Origin: Eledone cirrhosa
Taxonomy: Eukaryota
Reading direction: 5' to 3'
NCBI GenBank assembly: GCA_964016885.1
Contig: OZ024740.1
Coordinates: 245,334,001 to 245,398,000 of the forward strand
Length of the DNA: 64,000 nucleotides
In this document: positions 27,286 to 48,849 of the stretch, piece after piece
How the letters are laid out: each line of letters opens with the position of its first letter
Position numbering within the stretch: the stretch's first letter is position 1
Notes under the pieces: model-generated
Databases searched by the model: none
Seen by the model: only the letters and a program-made list of their open reading frames with translations
Told to the model about the DNA's origin: nothing
Translations under genes and position numbers: made by a program

Positions 27286-27344
27286 AATATATATAATATT
27301 AAATTCAAATATTAATAAAATAGATGTTCTTGTGATCAATTAAA

Positions 27345-27408
27345 TTTTATTATACATATTTCAGGGGTACATGAATCAGGTTCAACAGTACGTCCTCATC
27401 AGATAAAA
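27345..27408 (-). ncRNA. Minimal type I hammerhead ribozyme
   Basis: ttttat CTGATGA ggacgtac..gtacccct GAAA tatgta TA ataaaa. Confidence 0.65.
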
Positions 27409-28106
27409 TAAAATGATACATGACATACCCTGAGATGTTAGATGGTTAAGATTTAATCAAGGTAGTGATTAACGTATGAGAAAACTCAACATGTATACCC
27501 TAATAATGAGAACATGGGAAAACGTAATAGAATCAATAGAGAAGGTGTGAGTAAGAAAAACATTGCTTTAATGTAACAGTTATAGAGTTTTTAAAATCTG
27601 GGATACTACAATTAGGATTATAGAGGAAGACGTCTCTGGAGTTATAATTTTTTGGCTTGAGAAAGCAACTGATAGACAATTAAAGGGAGGGAGAGATAAA
27701 GGGGAGTAATTTATGCAGAATATTTCATCAGACACATATAGACTTAGCGGTTAAATTTCAAAATATTTAATTTATGTTATTTTAGGGTGAAGAATCAAAA
27801 TTTTAGGTTTTAAAAGTTGATGGTTATTTGTATTAATTTTATAAATGTTATAAACTTTATAAATGTGTTACATTTCTAAAATTAGAAGGTTTTATGAAAA
27901 CAAATTTAAAGGATTTACTAAGCCCGCGAAAGAAGAATATATACTGTTCAATATTCACATAAAGGTAATCTTTACCAAAATTACTTGTAACAGTGTCAAC
28001 ATTTTCGGTATGTATAATCTATGAAGTACTTACTGTTATAAATATCGAGGAATATATTGTTAAATAGATATATTGTCTAAAGTATAATTGACGCAGAGTT
28101 TTCAGC

Positions 28107-28241
<135 letters not shown>

Positions 28242-28419
28242 ATTTATCATAATAAGAGGACTATAACTTATTATTTATTATATTATATTAAATCATTATA
28301 TTAGTTCTACCTTCAAGGAAAGAACGAACTTTAAATAATGATTAAGTTATTGTACAATATACATATATTTGCACAAACTATATATATCGTTATACCGAAC
28401 AATAATTATGATTATGTTA

Positions 28420-28483
28420 TTTTATCTGATGAGGACGTACTGTTGAACCTGATTCATGTACCTCTGAAATATGTATAATAAAA
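28420..28483 (+). ncRNA. Minimal type I hammerhead ribozyme
   Basis: Inverted copy of 27345-27408 with an intact core. Confidence 0.65.
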
Positions 28484-28626
28484 TTTAATTGATCACAAGA
28501 ACATCTATTTTATTAATATTTGAATTTAATATTATATTAATAACTCTGGAAAATATTTTTTGTAGTGTGTTTCCAATCTACTGTAAAACTCATTCTTTGG
28601 TGTACTCATTGAATCTTGTTTAACTC

Positions 28627-28705
<79 letters not shown>

Positions 28706-28786
28706 TTCTATTTAAAATTGTTGGGATACAACAAGTAAATATTTTTATAACTGATATAAAGCACTCGACAAGTATTTGGAGTAGAT

Positions 28787-29005
28787 ATACGATATTAATA
28801 CATGGAAACTATATTTATAAAACCATATTTATTTCATTATACATATTTAAGGGATACCAAATTAAATTATGGTATGCCTTCATCAGACAAAATACAATAT
28901 ATAACAGTAAAACTGTTATATATTGTATTTTGTCTGATGAAGGCATACCATGATTTAATTTGGTATCCCTGAAATATGTATAGTTTCCATGTATTAATAT
29001 CGTAT
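28787..29005. repeat. Palindromic insert of two defective HHR copies
   Basis: Centre acagt-aaa-actgt; both arms carry CTGATGA aggcatacca..tggtatccct. Confidence 0.7.
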
Positions 29006-29038
29006 ATATATATATATATATAATCCCTATATATATAT

Positions 29039-29111
<73 letters not shown>

Positions 29112-29501
29112 CATAAACAGTACACACATTCACTCACACATACATGTCAACATGGATATACGCATACACTTAATATATTTGTTACTTTACACATTTTGCC
29201 TTTAAAATAACACATATTTAAACTTACACTTACACTCACACATATAACGATACTAATACACACACTCCACGTTGCGCTCCAACTCGTTACCAAGACTACC
29301 TAACGGCTTTTTTGTTTTCCCTTCTCATTTTCTTTTTTGTGTGTGTGTGTGTTTCTTTACTGGACTTTCTTTCATTGTGATCCTGTCTCTATTTGTACTC
29401 CTGAAGAAGTGAAGAAGGGGACACGTCGTATTTTCTTTCCTCTTTCCAATATAAAGTGTGAAACTAATAAGACTTTTTCTACCTCTGTTGTCTCCTTGAA
29501 C

Positions 29502-29533
<32 letters not shown>

Positions 29534-29571
29534 GCAAGTAAGTATGTTTTGAAACAGTGAGCGAGTTTGAA

Positions 29572-29731
29572 ATTAGAAAATATATAGCTTTCACCGTATT
29601 TTTGACTAAAGGAATTTTAGCTTGATAACGGGGTTTAGAACGTCAATACTCATCTTTTTCTATTTATCTGAGGATTCTAAACCCCGTTATCAAGCTAAAA
29701 TTCCTTTAGTCAAAAATACGGTGAAAGCTAT

Positions 29732-29743
<12 letters not shown>
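29572..29743. repeat. Perfect ~68-bp-arm inverted repeat near (TA)n
   Basis: attagaaaatatatagctttcaccg...cggtgaaagctatatattttctaat. Confidence 0.75.
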
Positions 29744-29764
<21 letters not shown>

Positions 29765-29766
<2 letters not shown>

Positions 29767-30132
29767 CGTAGGTCCCGGGTTGAGTCGGGGATAACCACAG
29801 TAAGTACGGTACTCAATACATGGCAGAGTAAAATTTTTTATTTTATAGAAGGAGCTTAATATGGCACCCAGCTTCCTGAAGATTTCATCTGAATGAAACA
29901 GTACTAGTCCTGTAGAAGCTCCTTCTATAATATATATATATATAGAGAGAGAGATGAGATTCTACAGGACTAGAATTGTTTCATTCATTAGAAATCATTA
30001 GGAATCTGATGATTTCTAATGAATGAAACAGTTCTAGTCCTGTAGAATCTCATCTATATTAAAACTTTTATACTCTGCTATGTATTGAGTACCTTACTTA
30101 CTGTGGTTACCTCCGATTCAACCCGGAATAAC

Positions 30133-30135
<3 letters not shown>
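29765..30135. mobile_element. Nested fold-back HHR repeat; related relic at about 45925-46270
   Basis: Outer arms about 29765-29850 and 30050-30135; inner palindrome 29955-30055. Confidence 0.6.
29870..29920 (+). ncRNA. Type I hammerhead ribozyme
   Basis: agcttc CTGAAGA t-ttc atct gaa-t GAAA cag tactagtc ctg TA gaagct; perfect 6-bp stem I. Confidence 0.7.
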
Positions 30136-36358
<6,223 letters not shown>

Positions 36359-36371
36359 ATATAAATATATT

Positions 36372-36518
<147 letters not shown>

Positions 36519-37318
36519 CTATATACTAGGGGAGAAAAAATGTGCTAGGAAAAAATAAAGTGGTGAAATATCGTGATGGAGTAAAATAAAATAATAATAA
36601 TACTAGTAGTACTAACAGCAATTATAATAGTGTTGTAGCGGTTGTCTCCCTTGTTTTGATTGGGATCTAGACGGGAAGTAGAACCCTTTCTGCAACTTCC
36701 GGTCAGAGCCCTATAAAACTAACAACTTTAAGCTTTCTAACCCTCTTTGCCTTTTCGGCACCAGGTCAAGAGCCTCTCATTGGGCTCTGCCATTCATTTG
36801 GCCAACAGGCGCCTGGCCTTAGCCAGGCGTCCTCTGCCAGCCACCATTGCCTGGCAATCAAAACGGTAACTACTAACTTTGCTTCATTCTAACATCAACC
36901 TCATCTTTGACATGTCAACTATACTATCTACCATTGTTAATTAAATATTATACACACAAACCATGTCTCGTTTTGTTACATTCATACAACCCAGTAATCT
37001 CGCTATAGTGTTAATAGTGGTTTGTTAGGTACATAGCTACGGACCACACGCTCACGCTCATTTATACTGTGTGATCCAGAATCACCCAGACATATACGTA
37101 TATAAGTGTGCTTATACCCACATACACATATAGGCGTTAGCATCCAGGCAATGCTATATGTATATATAGGTGCACACATACACAGCCTTGATAGATACAC
37201 GGGTACACATACCTACATATATACGTATGTACATACGGACCCATATGTACATATATATTCGCAGACCCACCTACATATATTTATACAGACACACGCACAC
37301 ACACACAACACACACACA

Positions 37319-37348
<30 letters not shown>

Positions 37349-37350
<2 letters not shown>

Positions 37351-37500
37351 TCCAATTCCAACCCGCCTGTCCCTTCAATCTATCTTATTTCTCATTCTTT
37401 CTTTTGATGAAGGACTAGCGTCTGAAACGTTAAGACCCTCTTCCTGCTATTTCAAGCGTTAACCTAATATATTGCTTCCACATACTGTATCGATTGTGTT
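37349..37500 (+). repeat. Short repeat with degenerate minimal HHR (37400-37435); homologues at 53729-53875 (+) and about 50065-50215 (-)
   Basis: tctt TTGATGA aggac tagc gtct GAAA cg TT aaga. Confidence 0.6.
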
Positions 37501-37560
37501 GTTATTTCTGTTTTCCTTTTACATACATACATATATATATATATACACCGATACACACAT

Positions 37561-37641
<81 letters not shown>

Positions 37642-37764
37642 CGCATACACACATATACATATATAGACGGATTCATATATACACACATACGCACATATAT
37701 ATATATAAAGACATACACCTACATATGAAGATGATAGAGATTGTTGTAGAGTTAATGATTGTAA

Positions 37765-38125
37765 TAATTGTTTCTACTTTAGGCACAAGGCCAGCAATTA
37801 CCCAGTACATTACTGGTACTTTATTTTATCGACCCCGTAAGGATGAAAGGCAAAGTTAACCTCGGCGGGATTTGAACTCATGATTGTAATAATGGTGATA
37901 AGTGTAGGTAAGAAAAGTTAATAAATGGAAATAATGATAATTGTTTCTACTTTTGCACAAGGCCAGCTATTACCCAGTACATTACTGGTACTTTATTTTA
38001 TCGACCCCGTAAGGATGAAAGGCAAAGTTAACCTCGGCGGGATTTGAACTCAGATCATAAAGGGACGCAACTCTATGCTTCAAAGCATGGCGTCCGACTC
38101 TCTACCAATACTGCCAATCCATCAC
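37765..38125 (-). mobile_element. Two tandem SINE copies, one 5'-truncated
   Basis: Reverse complements of 22826-23010. Confidence 0.8.
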
Positions 38126-38319
38126 CAATGGAAATAATGATAATAATAATAGTTCTAATAATTAAGATGATGTCGGTGGCGTATGTTAATATTTGTTGCA
38201 CAAAGTTCGTGTTCAGGGTCTGTCTGTGGTTTTGGTCCGAGTAACAGGGCGGAGTATGTATGTTTGTTTGTTTGCTTTGCTTTTGTTTGTTTGTTTGTTT
38301 TTTTGTTTGTTTGTTTTTT

Positions 38320-38620
38320 TGCATGACGGTAGCTCACAATTACCTTCGATTATAAGTTAATTGCTGTTTTTAACTTAATGATTTGTGCCGATTCTGCTAG
38401 GCACAAGCTGCAGTGGCTCTTTTTGATCGAGTGCCGAGCCACTCGACTCCATATGGACCACATGATCTGGTACTTTATATTTTTATCCTTAAGGCCCCAG
38501 ATCAGGTCAGCCAGTCGTGTTTGGGACCACTTGGATCTGATGTTGAAGGAGCTTCTGTGATGGTATAATCGCTCATTAAATGTTTAATGAAGTTGCGCCG
38601 ATATGTGTATTTTTTCTGGT
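38320..38620 (-). pseudogene. Naiad-type GIY-YIG relic
   Basis: Minus-strand translation HIGAT/TFNERLYHHRSSF..TRLADLIWGLK..IMWSI..CSLCLAE..YRH. Confidence 0.7.
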
Positions 38621-40102
38621 TAGGACATCACACTGGCTGAGGCTTAAGTAGTGCTTGTTTTGGGCCTTTTAAAGGGACTTGTTTTGTTTGCTTGTTAGTG
38701 ATAGCAATGGCGGTAGTTGGTGCACTGGGGTAATAGCAGAGGCTGGTCTTGTGATATAGCTAGAAGGTTTTTGTGTATCACTTTTTGCCAGATTCATCAT
38801 GGCTAAAAAAGAGTTTTCTCTTGACTGGAGGTGTGATTGCCACTTTTGGTTGGGTTTTTGTACTTTCGTGAAAAGTCTGAATCAGCGGTACTGCAATAGA
38901 TGGTTAATTTAGTGTGAGTTAGATGTTGGCTTGGAGCCCCATTTCTGTTAATGCGTCGAATTCCTGGAAGACGTGTGAAGGGACAATTACGCTGTGGACA
39001 ATCTCTCGCCTTGGGAATATCAGCAGATTTTAGGATTCCGGGTTATGCGTGTTATAGTGTTTGATTTAGTATTTGGTGGTGTTGATATTATTGGTTGCTG
39101 ACATTGGTCACTTTACGTATTCAGTGAAAGTAGTGAATGAGAACGTAATGAGCTTCTGACTGTGTCATTTAGTTAATCTTCTATTGTGCTGAAATTTAGA
39201 AGTGGCTCTTCATATTGTTGCTTTTTGTTGTTGCTGTTGCTGTGGTTATTGTTGTAGTTATTCTTGTTGCGGCGGTTCTTATTGTAGGAATAGAAACAAA
39301 TTTATTCAAAAGCAAAAGAAACAAACAAACCTTATTTAGTAAGAAAAAAAGTGGGGGGGGGGGGCACAAGGGGAAAGAAAGAATAGGAAATATAGAAAAA
39401 AAGAGGAGAGAAAGTAGAAAAAGAACGGGAAAGGAAGGGGATGGCAAGAGCTCTGGTGTCGCAAAAGAGAGGGAGGATTGAGCTTTGGGCCTTAGGCAAG
39501 AGGGCAGAAGTGCTGCGCCCCGCTGATAAGGCGGCAAAAGCATTCCCCCAGACGATTGCCAGTGACACTCGCTGCAATCGTCATCCAACCTCGCGGGGCT
39601 CCCTCATCAGACGGGCCGCCAACGCTCCGATCTTGCGGAGGAGCTCGGCAGTACGGGGTTCAAGTACACCTGAGTGTCTCGACGGCGGGTACCGGTGCGA
39701 AGAGGAAATGGCCGGATAAACCCCGGTATTTGTTTATTTTACGTTCTTCTTCGAGGCGGGCTGCGGTTGTTGTTGTTGATTCGCTTGACCAATATTTGGA
39801 GAAAATATGTTGAAGTTTTTCTCGACCCATTCTTGCTTCTCCCACCCACCTTTCAACAAACTGGCCAGAAGGCAGCACTTCCCTAGCCGCCCTTTGGAAT
39901 GATGAAACTGTCGGTAACAGCAATGGAACAGGTGATTATTTGAATCGTTTTTTTAATTTATTTAGAGAATTGTTTGATAACCGCTTGCTCCGCTACTTTT
40001 TATATTGTTCTGGCATCTCGAATTAGTACCATTGAGCCACAAGTATTATAAACAACTTGAATATTTCTGCAAGTGCATTGTACCTGTTGAGGTATTCATC
40101 CA

Positions 40103-40179
<77 letters not shown>

Positions 40180-40327
40180 TATTTTCCGTTGTGTTGTAAT
40201 ATAAATATTACACACAGTAGATTGACAGCTCACGTAGAGTTTGCTCGACGGTTCCAGTTGTAGTTCCAAAAGTAATCCGGAGAAAAATAGAAAGATTTGA
40301 ATGGATACAGTTTAGTTGAAAGGAATT

Positions 40328-40446
40328 TATTGACACGTGTTTCTATAACAGTTACATAACCTGAAAACAGCTGCTATCTACAAAGTTTTAGTTATGCAGA
40401 CATTCAATATTTCAATGTTATTATTTACTGTCATTTCATCAGAATA
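40328..40446 (-). ncRNA. Type I hammerhead with extended stem II
   Basis: tatt CTGATGA a-atgacagt ... actgttat-a GAAA cacgtg TC aata. Confidence 0.65.
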
Positions 40447-40988
40447 ATATTACTGAGGACCTATTTGGTTTTTATAGAGAATATTAGGAGGGAGGGGTGA
40501 AGTTGTTAGAAGAATAGTTGAGGGAGTGGTTTTTTGATAGCAGTGAGAATTTTTGGTGGCAGTGAGTAATTAGATTCCCATCTGTTGTTTTGACATTTTT
40601 ATAGAATATATTATTGGTTATTTTTCTAAATCTATAGAAGGATTAGAGATAGTAAAGATATGCGTGGTTGGTTTTGTGTTTGCACTTAATTAACATTCAG
40701 ACTTAAATTTTTCTTTCAAGTGTACGTATCCTTTCACCCACGCATTCACACACAAATATATTTGCACACCTCTACAAAATACATATACTCACATTCACAT
40801 ATTCATACTTACATACATATACACATGCATACATATATATATACACACATGTATTCATGTACATACATACGCGTTCATGTGTATACATTTTCATACTCAA
40901 CTTATCTTTATATACACACGTATAGACACACACATATATACATACATACTCTAGTCTATGTGTACATATATACATATACATACACATC

Positions 40989-41070
<82 letters not shown>

Positions 41071-41338
41071 CACTTTAATACATGAATACACTTACATCTA
41101 ACTATACACATCAAACATATATATATATTTACTTATTTATATACATTTTCACATATATATACATACTTATGGACGTTTTTAGACACATTCATTATCGCAT
41201 ATTTGCACCTATTCTCATCAGCATATCTTTCCATTATTAGTGTGGTAATTTAAGGTTATTAATATATGTTGAGAAGAGATTGTTTTTATATTTTTCTAAC
41301 TAGATTGAGGTTTATATAGTTGGGGGGATGTCCCTCTT

Positions 41339-43084
41339 TTATGTAATATTCGGCTTGTAGTGGGAAAAAAGGGTTTTAGTTCTGTGACGGCAGAATAATG
41401 TTCGTTCAATTCTGTTATTCAGCAATTTCTTCTTGTGTGTGATTATGTAATAAATCTCAAGATTACACAATTTGCAGAAACTTTGGCTCCTGGAAAAGCT
41501 TTGGGTTTTAGCTAATTTCTCCCATTTTAGGGTAAACTTTTGATCGCTATCCCTGAGCGTCCAAGCTTTTTCTGCTAAAGTTGTTACATTTCTTTGGCTC
41601 TGGTGTTTTATTGAGTAAGAATGCCTATATAATCGAGATTTAAACGATGTTGCCGTTGATCCCACGTAATACCACTCGTTGCCTCCGGATTTAATGGTAC
41701 ACTTATAAATAATATTTTTTTCAGGCAGTTATTGCCGAGGGGGCAGTTGTCATGATAGGTGCAGTTACAGTTGTGTACGTTGGGTTTTCTCTGGAGTAGT
41801 ATTGCGGACGAACTTAGGTGTGGTTTATTTATGTTCTGTAGTGTATTGTCTACTGTTTTTTTGTGTTCTTTGTACTTAAGTTCTTAGTGTTTTCGTTTAA
41901 CCTTCTAGTGTTGATCTTTTTTATGTGTTGTTCAAGGTTTAACGCTGTAGAGTATGGCAGTCTTATAGTGGTAGGGTTTAGGATTTTGTGGTATTTGTGT
42001 GATGTAGGAAAATGTCTCTTAATTATTTTAAAGAAGAGTACTGGTAAATTTGTACTAATGGAACTATTGTATTCGGGGTTATACCATAAGTACTCTTTGC
42101 ATCGCTTTCTATTAGTTTTGTTTGTTGGTTTACTGGTGTGCATACTATGGTAGTAAGTGTGGTTTGGTGTTGTGTTATTATATCTACCTATGTGGGATTT
42201 ATTTTGGGTGTTTTGATTGTTCCCATCTATATACTCTATTTTGTTGAGGTAGCCTGCTTTACTAAGGGCGTTATCGTAGTACTCGGCGTGTTCCTTAAAT
42301 ACTTGTATGTTAGAAGATAGACCCGAGATTCTAAGGGAAATATTTTTAGGGATAGATTTAATTATAGAGATGGGTGGTTAGACCCAACATTTACGTATTT
42401 GAGATTTTCATTCAATTTATGAAACGGTTTAATCAAACCAGAGTTTAAATTGAGTGTGACATCCAGGAAGTTAACTACTTTAAGGTTGTATTCATATGTT
42501 ATAGTTAGTCCTATTTCGAGTAGTAGTTTTCTTATATCTTTGCGTAGTTTTTCTAGTTTTGGGTTATTTAGGTTTTTAACTAGGAGGAGAACATCGTCGC
42601 GGTATATTCCGCCGTGGAGATTGCTGAATTTTTCCTGGAGTCTAAAGGCGATAAATAACCCCACAATATCAGTTATTTCCGCCGAATCGTTAGAGCCCAT
42701 TGTTATGTCAAAGTTAGAGGGTCTATCTTTACGTACCCAATAACTGTTCTCAAATTTGACTATAGTTTTCCTAGCTTCTAATATAATCTTAATTTCATCG
42801 TTTGTAAGGTCAGAGTTATCCTTAGCAAACTTAATGGCTCTATTCAAAGTTTCAGGTGATATCGATGAGTAATATTCATCGATATCAAACTGGATAAACT
42901 TAGATTTATTCTTATTGCTAATGCTATTAAACCATCTTATTGCTTCTTGGGTCTTCCCCCAGAGTTTAATGTTAACCTTAGCCTTAATTTGGGGGATGAT
43001 TCTATCTAAGATATATTTGCTTATTTTACCTATATCTGATTTAGAGGGGCAGATTAATCTAATTTTAGGGTCATTATCAAAGTT
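41339..43084 (-). pseudogene. PLE reverse transcriptase + linker + GIY-YIG endonuclease, frameshifted
   Basis: FDIDEYYSSI, MGSNDSAE, IYRDD, FLDVTL, SNHP, WYNP..HFP..HK, CNC..CPL..C, IIY..YVGST..FKSR, CKLC..E, CRH. Confidence 0.9.
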
Positions 43085-43624
43085 TGTGTATGTATATGTA
43101 TATATGTACACATAGACTAGAGTATGTATGTATATATGTGTGTGTCTATACGTGTGTATATAAAGATAAGTTGAGTATGAAAATGTATACACATGAACGC
43201 GTATGTATGTACATGAATACATGTGTGTATATATATATGTATGCATGTGTATATGTATGTAAGTATGAATATGTGAATGTGAGTATATGTATTTTGTAGA
43301 GGTGTGCAAATATATTTGTGTGTGAATGCGTGGGTGAAAGGATACGTACACTTGAAAGAAAAATTTAAGTCTGAATGTTAATTAAGTGCAAACACAAAAC
43401 CAACCACGCATATCTTTACTATCTCTAATCCTTCTATAGATTTAGAAAAATAACCAATAATATATTCTATAAAAATGTCAAAACAACAGATGGGAATCTA
43501 ATTACTCACTGCCACCAAAAATTCTCACTGCTATCAAAAAACCACTCCCTCAACTATTCTTCTAACAACTTCACCCCTCCCTCCTAATATTCTCTATAAA
43601 AACCAAATAGGTCCTCAGTAATAT

Positions 43625-43743
43625 TATTCTGATGAAATGACAGTAAATAATAACATTGAAATATTGAATGTCTGCATAACTAAAACTTTGTAGATAGCAG
43701 CTGTTTTCAGGTTATGTAACTGTTATAGAAACACGTGTCAATA
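43625..43743 (+). ncRNA. Type I hammerhead with extended stem II (inverted copy)
   Basis: Inverted copy of 40328-40446. Confidence 0.65.
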
Positions 43744-43779
43744 AATTCCTTTCAACTAAACTGTATCCATTCAAATCTT

Positions 43780-43847
<68 letters not shown>

Positions 43848-43933
43848 GGAGGTGAGTTTTATTGTAGTACAATAAAGAAATGCAGATATCGGATAAGAAG
43901 CACTCTACAATTTGTGGGACTGGAGTATACATA

Positions 43934-45872
<1,939 letters not shown>

Positions 45873-46470
45873 TATATATATATATATATATATAGTAACG
45901 TACTCAATTCATTAGTAGAGTGTATAGAACAAATTTAATATAGAAATGGTTTCTATGGGACTAGAACTGTTTCATTCGAAGGAAGTTATCAAGAAAGCCG
46001 ACTTGCATTGTAATGCGGTGGTATTTGTATTTTTTCTGGTGATTGGGAAAGGTGGTGATTTTAAGTATGGGCAGCGGATGGGGGATTTTAAAGAACTGGG
46101 ATTCTTTAAAAAACTATTTTTAGAAATATACAATTAATACAATTACACAGATAAAAAGAAGATTCATATTCACATTTAAATACCGATAGAAATTCATACA
46201 TACTGACGCCCACACATTTTAAAGTAAACAGTTCTAGTCTTGTAGAAGCTATTTCTATATTAAATTTGCCACATATATATATTCATAAATATATACGCAC
46301 GCAAGTTTACAGGCATATATACGCTCACAAAGTCATTTTTCACCTGTACTAATATAATTGCACAAGCATACTCACACACTAACACATTCACACACTCGCA
46401 TGCACACACATATACGTATGGTTAAGTGCACACATACACACATGTATTTATAAATACATATGTGTGTGTG

Positions 46471-46616
<146 letters not shown>

Positions 46617-47299
46617 GTGTGTGTGTAATTTCATAAAGTCATTTATCACCTGTACAATAACATCATTCATTACATACACACATATATACACACACTCACA
46701 TAATACAAACACACACACATACATATACACATATAGATACACACGCACATACCTCCCAATCTCTTTATCTGACGCCTTCGCATCTTAAACAGTCTTTTTC
46801 CAGAATGTGTGGAATGTATACAAAGCAATTCCTTTATACTTATTTAGAGAAATTAACATTATGTTTCCTATCCCCTACTACCTTACACCTTGTAAACGGG
46901 AATTTAATCAGGGGTGGTGGGTTGGATGCTGGAAGGTTAAGTGAAAATTACTCTTATTAAGGAGATTTATCACAATTCAGAGTTCGGGGGCTGGTTAGGG
47001 ACCTCATGATTTAAATGTCTGCCTATAGAAAAATGAACAAGTGAATTAAGAATTCTTTGAACCTGATTAACACCGTACTACCGAAGTACACTTGCTCTGT
47101 CGTAAGTACATACACTAACATTCATGAATATATATATACAGTACACACACGAGCATGCATATACATACATATATATATGTGTGTGTGTGTGTGTGAATCA
47201 TCACAATCAAACGAATATTTCTACACATAAACACACACACACAGATATATATATATATATATATATATACAGATATATATATATATATATATATATATA

Positions 47300-48130
47300 T
47301 TGAGTATATGTTGGTTGTTTGCCGACACCTCAGAGTGCGGATTGGAACACTAGACGAAGTAATCAGGTTGGTTTGGTTACTCCGGAGTAATGTAAAATAA
47401 ACTAAAATAAATAAATAAGTCAAATATTTAACTTCGTTTATTACTGCTATATATATTTCGGTGACAGCCATCTTTGGCTGTGACCTCTTCAGGCAGTCCG
47501 AATTAGTGTGGTAGAGACGAGTAGACATGTTGTTGAGGTGTTAACTTTGTCAATACTCTGATATGCCCAGTTCCTGGTTGGGTTGTTGTTTCTATGAGGA
47601 ACTGGAGTCATATGAATTTAAACAAACGAATTTCAGTGTCAAATGACATCCTCTCCTTCCATTGGTCAGTTGTGAGAACATTTCTCAGTCAAAAGTCTAC
47701 CCTTGTGTTGGTAGTGGTGTTGCAACACCACTACCAACACAAGGGTAGAGGTCAGATGTACTTAACAATAACAAAAACAACCACTACAGATAACCTCGCA
47801 TCAGAAAGAATTTCTATAGACTTTTGACTGAGGAATGTTCTCACAACTGACCAATGGAAGGAGAGGATGTCATTTGACGCTGAAATTCGTTTGTTTAAAT
47901 TCATATGACTCCAGCTCCTCATAGAAACAACAACCCAACCAGAAACTGGGCATATCAGAGTATTGACAAAGTTAACACCTCAACAACATGTCTACTCGTC
48001 TCTACCACACTAATTCGGACTTCCTGAAGAAGTCACAGCCAAAGATGGGTGTCACCGAAATATATATAGCAGTAATAAACGAAGCCAAATTTTAAATATT
48101 TGACTTATTTATTTATTTTAGTTTATTTTA
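47300..48130. mobile_element. Large fold-back insert (arms about 47390-47700 and 47818-48130) with HHRs
   Basis: Near-perfect inverted repeat; (TA)n on both sides. Confidence 0.75.
47443..47497 (-). ncRNA. Minimal type I hammerhead ribozyme
   Basis: actgc CTGAAGA ggtcacagcca..tggctgtcacc GAAA tatata TA gcagt. Confidence 0.75.
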
Positions 48131-48849
48131 TATATATATATATATATTAGCAATGATAATCAGAATTGCTCGGGAATTTGAATATGTAGAAAAAAATTCT
48201 TTTTAATCTTTTTTTGTTTTGTTTTTTTGTTAAACTTTAATTCTCACCTAGAAATGTTGATTCCATTTTGCTACTTGCTATTATTAAGTTGTTATAACGA
48301 GGCCATGTTTGCCTCTGCGTGGGGTGGTTGGTTTCTATTGTTGCCACAAAGTTGTTCAGTTATCTAATAAACATTACTCATCTTTCTCTCGCGGCTGTAG
48401 CTCACTCAGCTTCCCATGCCAGCTCCTCAATAAAGAAACGCTCTCACTTGTTCTAACCTCAATGTCCTTGGATTATAAACATACTGAACCTTCTTTCAGA
48501 ACCACAATAATTTGGAGTCTAACATCTTAGCTATCACTTGTTTCCATTCGTGTATTCCTGTCATGTTACAGATTTTCAAGGTTTCTTGTTATGCTTTTTA
48601 TAGTCTAAAATATTATTAGCTGCTTAAACACAGGTTTTCTTCACAACACCCCACCTGGAATTAATTAGGATATCGTCTTCAGTTGTATTAGCGGGTACAC
48701 TCAAATGATTCCGGATTTACAGAACAATCTGCTGCTTGATGTTAGAACACTTAATTTTGATAATGTTGTTGATGTTTTCTTTGCTGACTTGCAAATTTTC
48801 AACCGCACTGTAACTGTTATTAACACTCAACCAGCAAAATATGCTCTTA

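Larger units (their letters stand above)
40178..43782 (-). mobile_element. Naiad-type PLE, 5'-truncated, with inverted copy of its 3' terminus; between (TA)n/(TC)n tracts
   Basis: 40289-40986 is the reverse complement of 43085-43782; RT-GIY-YIG coding region lies between. Confidence 0.9.

Noticed and set aside
36670-36860. GC-rich hairpin cluster after the array
   Set aside because: No recognisable RNA family or second copy in the window.
39580-39615. Minus-strand CTGATGAgggagccc
   Set aside because: The GAAA element is missing.
41339-43084. Selenocysteine recoding, reported for some Naiads
   Set aside because: The breaks I traced are frameshifts ending in TAA/TAG, not in-frame TGA.
43085-43351. 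N-terminal ~90 aa of the 329-aa ORF
   Set aside because: This is read-through of the inverted non-coding terminus; RT homology starts at NFDNDPK.
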